NCBI GenBank assembly: GCA_035708765.1
Contig: DASTFI010000017.1
Span: 607 to 64,606 of the forward strand
Direction of reading: 5' to 3'
DNA from: Marmoricola sp.
GTDB taxonomy: Bacteria; Actinomycetota; Actinomycetes; Propionibacteriales; Nocardioidaceae
Length of the DNA: 64,000 nucleotides
Below the pieces are notes generated by a model. The model was not told the DNA's origin. It saw nothing but the letters and a program-made list of their open reading frames with translations, and did not search any database. This document shows, one piece after another, positions 59,341 to 64,000 of this stretch (positions are counted from its first letter, which is position 1; each line of letters opens with the position of its first letter). The position numbers were made by a program, and so were the translations under genes.

Positions 59341-62202
59341 TCAGCTGCGGGGAATCTCCTTCATCTCGAAGGCCTCGACGACGTCGCCCTCCTTGATGTC
59401 GTTGAAGCCGCGGATGACCAGACCGCACTCGAAGCCCTCGCGGACCTCGGCGGCGTCGTCCTTCTCGCGCTTCAGCGACGCCAGGTCGGCGCTCTCGACG
59501 ATCACGTTGCCGTCGCGGACCAGGCGCACCTTGGCGTTGCGCCGCAGCACTCCGCTGGTGACCATGCAGCCGGCGATGTTGCCGATCTTCGAGCTGCGGA
59601 AGATCGCCCGGATCTCCGCCTGGCCGAGGGTCTGCTCCTCGTACTCGGGCTTGAGCATGCCCTTGAGCGCCGCCTCGATCTCCTCGATGGCCTGGTAGAT
59701 CACCGAGTAGTACCGGATCTCCACGCCCTCGCGCTCGGCCATCTCGGTGGCCTTGCCCTGGGCACGGACGTTGAACCCGATGATGATTGCGTCGGAGGCG
59801 GCCGCGAGGTCGACGTTGGTCTCGGTGATCGCACCGACACCGCGGTCGATGACGCGCAGCGAGACCTCGTCGCCCACGTCGATCTTGGCCAGCGAGTCCT
59901 CCAGCGCCTCCACCGAGCCGGACACGTCGCCCTTGAGGATGAGGTTGAGCTCCTGGCTCTCGCCCTTCTCCATGGAGGCCATGAAGTCCTCCAGGCTGCG
60001 GCGCACGCGGCGCTTGGCCTGCATCGCGGCCCGCTCGCGGGCCTCGCGCTTCTCGGCGATCTGGCGGGCCATCCGATCGTCCTCGACGACCAGGAAGTTC
60101 TGGCCCGCGCCCGGCACACCGGACAGGCCGAGCACCATCGCGGGACGCGACGGCAGCGCCTCCTCGATGTTCTCGCCGTACTCGTCGAGCATCGCCCGGA
60201 CCCGGCCGTGCGCCGGACCGGCGACGATCGAGTCGCCGACCCGCAGCGTGCCGCGCTGGACCAGCACGGTCGCGACCGGGCCGCGACCGCGGTCGAGGTG
60301 CGCCTCCACGACGAGGCCCTGGGCGTCCTGGTCGGGGTTCGCCCGCAGGTCCAGGGACGCGTCGGCGGTCAGCACGATCGCCTCGAGCAACCCTTCGAGG
60401 TTGAGGTTGTTCTTCGCCGAGACGTCGACGAACATCGTGTCGCCGCCGTACTCCTCGGGCACCAGGCCGTACTCGGTCAGCTGGCCACGGACCTTGCTCG
60501 GGTCCGCCTCCGGCTTGTCGATCTTGTTGACCGCGACCACGATCGGCACCTGCGCCGCCTTGGCGTGGTTGAGCGCCTCGACGGTCTGCGGCATCACGCC
60601 GTCGTCGGCCGCCACCACCAGCACGGCGATGTCGGTCGCCTGGGCGCCACGGGCCCGCATGGCGGTGAACGCCTCGTGGCCCGGGGTGTCGATGAAGGTG
60701 ATCTGGCGCTGGTCGTCGTCGACCTCGGTGCCGACCTGGTAGGCCCCGATGTGCTGGGTGATGCCACCGGCCTCCTTGCCGGCGACGTTGGCGTTGCGCA
60801 GCGCGTCGAGCAGTCGGGTCTTGCCGTGGTCGACGTGGCCCATCACGGTCACGACCGGCGGACGCACCGCGAGGTCCGCCTCGCCGCCCTCGTCGGAGCC
60901 GAACTCGATGTCGAACGACTCGAGCAGCTCGCGGTCCTCGTCCTCGGGGGAGACGACCTCGACGACATAGTTGAGCTCGTCACCGAGGAGCTGCAGCGTC
61001 TCGTCGTTGACCGACTCGGTGGCGGTCACCATCTCGCCGAGGTGGAACAGCATCTGCACCAGCGAGGCCGGGTCGACGTTGATCTTCTCGGCGAAGTCGG
61101 TCAGCGACGCGCCGCGGGCCAGGCGAACCGTCTCGCCGTTGCCCTTGCGTACGCGCACGCCGCCGATCGTCGGCGCCTCCATCTGCTCGAACTCCTGGCG
61201 ACGGGCGCGCTTGGACTTGCGACCCCGTCGCGAGGGACCGCCGGGACGACCGAAGGCACCCTGGGTGCTGCCGCGGCCACCGGGACGGCCTCCGCCGCCG
61301 GGACGACCGCCACCGGGGCGTCCGCCGCCGGGACCACCGAGGCCACCGCCCGGGGGACCACCGAAGCCGCCACGGCCGGGCGCACCGCCACGGCCGCCAC
61401 CGGGGCCGCCGCGTCCGGGTGCGCCGGTGCGGCCGCCGGGGCCTCCGGCGCCGCCGGGGCCACCACCGAAGGCGGCCGGCGACTTGGGCATCATCGCGGG
61501 GTTGGGGCGCGGCATGCCGGGACGGCCACCTGCTCCGCCGGCCTCACGGGAGCCACCGTCGCGGGGGGTCGGAGCCGTCGGGCGCCGACCCATCCCCTGC
61601 GTGGAGGAGAACGGGTTGTTGCCGGGGCGTGGCGCACCCGGGCGCGGGCCGCCGGAACGGCCGGCCGGGCGCGGGGCAGCCGGGCGGGGGGCGGACGGGC
61701 GTGGTCCCGCCGCGGCCGCCGCGGGCGGCTCCTGGGCGGGCGGCTCCTGGGCCGGCGGCTCCTGCGGGCCAGCCTCCTGCCGGTCAGTTTCCTGGGCAGT
61801 CTCCTCGACGGGCTCGGGAGCGGCCGGCTTGCGCGGACCTGGCCTGGGGGCAGTCGAGGACGACGGCGCCGCCGCCTCGCGGGCAGGCGCCTCTGCGGGC
61901 GTGGTCTCCGCGGCCGGCGAGGCTGCCGGCTCCTCGACCTGCCCGGGCTCGGCCGCCGTCTCGGCGGGTGCCTTCTGGGCCGGCTTCTTCGCCGGCTTCT
62001 GGGCAGCCTTCTTGGCGGCAGCAGCCTCGGCCTTGGCCTTCAGCTCCTCGCCGTACTTGTCTTCGAACCTCTTGACGACGGGAGGTTCCACCGTCGAGCT
62101 GGGTGCCTTGACGAACTCACCCAGGTCGCTGAGCATCCCCAGGACTTGCTTGCTGGTGACGCCGTACTGCTTTGCGAGTTCATGGACTCGGACCTTGGCC
62201 AC
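59341..62202 (-). CDS. infB: Translation initiation factor IF-2
   Basis: KVRVHELAK, Gly-rich linker, [13 protein letters not shown] and NKID motifs. Confidence 0.97.
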   Translation of the reverse strand: MAKVRVHELAKQYGVTSKQVLGMLSDLGEFVKAPSSTVEPPVVKRFEDKYGEELKAKAEAAAAKKAAQKPAKKPAQKAPAETAAEPGQVEEPAASPAAETTPAEAPAREAAAPSSSTAPRPGPRKPAAPEPVEETAQETDRQEAGPQEPPAQEPPAQEPPAAAAAGPRPSAPRPAAPRPAGRSGGPRPGAPRPGNNPFSSTQGMGRRPTAPTPRDGGSREAGGAGGRPGMPRPNPAMMPKSPAAFGGGPGGAGGPGGRTGAPGRGGPGGGRGGAPGRGGFGGPPGGGLGGPGGGRPGGGRPGGGGRPGGRGSTQGAFGRPGGPSRRGRKSKRARRQEFEQMEAPTIGGVRVRKGNGETVRLARGASLTDFAEKINVDPASLVQMLFHLGEMVTATESVNDETLQLLGDELNYVVEVVSPEDEDRELLESFDIEFGSDEGGEADLAVRPPVVTVMGHVDHGKTRLLDALRNANVAGKEAGGITQHIGAYQVGTEVDDDQRQITFIDTPGHEAFTAMRARGAQATDIAVLVVAADDGVMPQTVEALNHAKAAQVPIVVAVNKIDKPEADPSKVRGQLTEYGLVPEEYGGDTMFVDVSAKNNLNLEGLLEAIVLTADASLDLRANPDQDAQGLVVEAHLDRGRGPVATVLVQRGTLRVGDSIVAGPAHGRVRAMLDEYGENIEEALPSRPAMVLGLSGVPGAGQNFLVVEDDRMARQIAEKREARERAAMQAKRRVRRSLEDFMASMEKGESQELNLILKGDVSGSVEALEDSLAKIDVGDEVSLRVIDRGVGAITETNVDLAAASDAIIIGFNVRAQGKATEMAEREGVEIRYYSVIYQAIEEIEAALKGMLKPEYEEQTLGQAEIRAIFRSSKIGNIAGCMVTSGVLRRNAKVRLVRDGNVIVESADLASLKREKDDAAEVREGFECGLVIRGFNDIKEGDVVEAFEMKEIPRS

Positions 62203-62328
62203 GCTGTTCCTCCTGGTCCGAGCCCGCTTGCAGGCAGGTGCCGGACCGCTAGTAGATGTGCACGCTCATCGCGAAGTTCTCATCGCAGGCTCATGAGCGG
62301 ATGCTCCAGTTTCATCTCGACTGATCGG

Positions 62329-62637
62329 TCAGGTTCGGTGCGTCAGGTGCTGCCGGAGACCAGCCAGGCCCAGCGGCCCACCCCCGACTCCGGCATCATG
62401 CCGCAGGGCTCGGGAAAAGGCACGTCTACGCTCGGCGAGCTCGAAACACTCGATCGTGGGGTGCAGGTGCGCCCCTCGCCCGGGTGCGGTGCCCTCCGGA
62501 TCGGGTACGACGACCGGTTGGCCGTCCTGCCCGGTGCCGGCAACGACACGCAGCAACTCACGCTTGGCGGCTCGTTCCCGACAGCCGATGCAGGTGCGCA
62601 CGGGCATGCGCACACGCGAACCGTCAGGGGAATCCAC
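62329..62637 (-). CDS. ylxR: YlxR/RnpM family RNA-binding protein (DUF448)
   Basis: PVRTCIGCR and PGRGAHLH motifs. Lies between nusA and infB. Start is GTG 62637 (TAGACT -10 upstream) or ATG 62607. Confidence 0.85.
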   Translation of the reverse strand: MDSPDGSRVRMPVRTCIGCRERAAKRELLRVVAGTGQDGQPVVVPDPEGTAPGRGAHLHPTIECFELAERRRAFSRALRHDAGVGGGPLGLAGLRQHLTHRT

Positions 62638-62696
62638 CGCAGACCAGTCTAACGGGTCCGACCCGTCCACGACGAACCGGCGACCGCGATCGGCCC

Positions 62697-63704
62697 TCAG
62701 ACGGGCGGTGCGACCGGCGGCCGGGTGTCCTGCTGCGGCTCCTCGTCGGAGCGGATGTCGATCCGCCACCCGGTCAACCGGGCCGCCAGGCGGGCGTTCT
62801 GGCCCTCCTTGCCGATGGCGAGCGAGAGCTGGAAGTCGGGCACCACGACGCGTGCGGACCGGGTCGCCGCGTCGACCACCGTGACGCTGGTCACCCGCGC
62901 AGGGCTGAGCGCGTTGCCGACCAGGGTCGCGGCGTCGTCGGACCAGTCGACGATGTCGATCTTCTCGCCGTTGAGCTCGTTCATGACGTTGCGCACCCGC
63001 GAGCCCATCGGCCCGATGCAGGCGCCCTTCGGGTTCACCCCCGGCGCGGTGGTGTGCACCGCGATCTTGGTGCGGTGGCCCGCCTCGCGCGCGATGGCGG
63101 CGATCTCGACCGTGCCGTCCGCGATCTCGGGCACCTCGAGGGCGAACAGCTTCTTGACGAGGTTGGGGTGCGTGCGCGAGAGCATCACCTGCGGGCCGCG
63201 GAAGCCCTTGCGGACGCTCACCACGAGCGCCTTGATGCGGGTGCCGTGCGCGTAGTTCTCCCCGGCGACCTGCTCCCCTGCCGGCAGCAGCGCCTCGAGG
63301 GTGCCGAGGTCGACCATCACGTCCTGGGGGTCCCGGCCCTGCTGGATCACCCCGGAGACGATGTCGCCCTCCTTGCCGGAGAACTCCCCGAACTTGCGCT
63401 CGTCCTCGGCGTCGCGCAGCCGCTGCAGCATGATCTGCTTCGCGGTGGTCGCCGCGATCCGGCCGAAGCCGGCCGGGGTGTCGTCGAACTCCTCGCCCTC
63501 CGGCTCGCCCTCGTCGTTGCTCTCCCGGGCCAGGACGCTGACGTGACCACTCTTGCGGTCCAGCTCGACACGCGCGTGCTCCAGCGCCCCCGGAGTCTTG
63601 TGGTAGGCGGTGAGCAACGCCTGCTCGATCGCCTCGACGAGCACCTCGAGGGAGATCTCCTTCTCCGTCACCAGCATCCGCAGGATGCTCATGTCGATGT
63701 CCAC
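62697..63704 (-). CDS. nusA: Transcription termination/antitermination factor NusA
   Basis: [19 protein letters not shown] and [13 protein letters not shown] motifs. Confidence 0.97.
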   Translation of the reverse strand: MDIDMSILRMLVTEKEISLEVLVEAIEQALLTAYHKTPGALEHARVELDRKSGHVSVLARESNDEGEPEGEEFDDTPAGFGRIAATTAKQIMLQRLRDAEDERKFGEFSGKEGDIVSGVIQQGRDPQDVMVDLGTLEALLPAGEQVAGENYAHGTRIKALVVSVRKGFRGPQVMLSRTHPNLVKKLFALEVPEIADGTVEIAAIAREAGHRTKIAVHTTAPGVNPKGACIGPMGSRVRNVMNELNGEKIDIVDWSDDAATLVGNALSPARVTSVTVVDAATRSARVVVPDFQLSLAIGKEGQNARLAARLTGWRIDIRSDEEPQQDTRPPVAPPV

Positions 63705-63706
63705 GC

Positions 63707-64000
63707 TCAGACCTCCTCGTCGTCGGCGTCGGGCCCAGCACTCCCGGGCGGCCGCTTGAACTCCACCTGCACCTTCGCCTTGCGGATCTCGCCGTAGAGC
63801 AGCCGGTGCTCGGTCCCGTCGACGTCGAGGAGCACGCCCTCGTCGTCGCTGCCGCTGATCCGGCCGGTGACCGGCTCGCCCTCGGCCGGGGTGACCTTGA
63901 CCAGCCGGTGGGCGTTGCGCCGCCAGTGGCGCGGAAGCGTGAGCGGGCGGTCGACACCGGGCGAGGAGACCTCGAGGGTGTACGGCGATTCGCCCATCAC
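63707..64000 (-). CDS. rimP: Ribosome maturation factor RimP (5' part outside window)
   Basis: [14 protein letters not shown] motif. Upstream of nusA. Confidence 0.92.
   Translation of the reverse strand: MMGESPYTLEVSSPGVDRPLTLPRHWRRNAHRLVKVTPAEGEPVTGRISGSDDEGVLLDVDGTEHRLLYGEIRKAKVQVEFKRPPGSAGPDADDEEV

Noticed and set aside
58771-62652. Very long antisense or alternate-frame ORFs (1293 aa here; also 23463..27152, 28611..31643, 50279..52804, 11816..14065)
   Set aside because: They shadow well-conserved genes (infB, ftsK, cydAB, pnp, pfkA). Stop-poor alternate frames are expected at this GC content and the translations have no motifs.

Overview
High-GC actinobacterial chromosome segment (gene content and order resemble Nocardioidaceae such as Nocardioides or Marmoricola; the taxon is inferred). 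It is mostly core genome: Rv2175c-like/pknL/LysM-SLT, two DAHP synthases, ltaE, pfkA, glpK, cinA-pgsA-rimO-rodZ-like-ftsK, cydAB-cydDC, rnj-dapA-folA-thyA, dapB, M16 peptidase-pnp-rpsO and ribF-truB-rbfA-infB-ylxR-nusA-rimP. Small accessory inserts include secreted M4 and S53 proteases, a DUF222-HNH gene, a MarR/ClC/VOC unit, an RNase-barstar pair and an LPXTG surface protein. I saw no rRNA, tRNA, CRISPR array, prophage or IS. The strongest signals are in the intergenic DNA. (1) An unannotated leaderless 21-codon leader peptide (MGNTWTYFF...) carries Trp, Tyr and Phe codons plus mutually exclusive terminator/antiterminator pairings in front of a type I-beta DAHP synthase, suggesting an attenuator that senses all three aromatic amino acids. 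(2) A BlaI/M56 (BlaR-like) pair is divergent from the cytochrome bd operon, with three TAC(T/G)AC-N5-GT(A/C)GTA operators over both promoters. (3) A SoxR box in a 19-bp-spacer promoter drives an SDR plus QueA-like operon. (4) A perfect LexA SOS box sits in the promoter of the DUF222-HNH gene. Many genes appear leaderless, so several start codons were moved relative to the ORF track. All calls come from reading motifs by eye; no database search was run.
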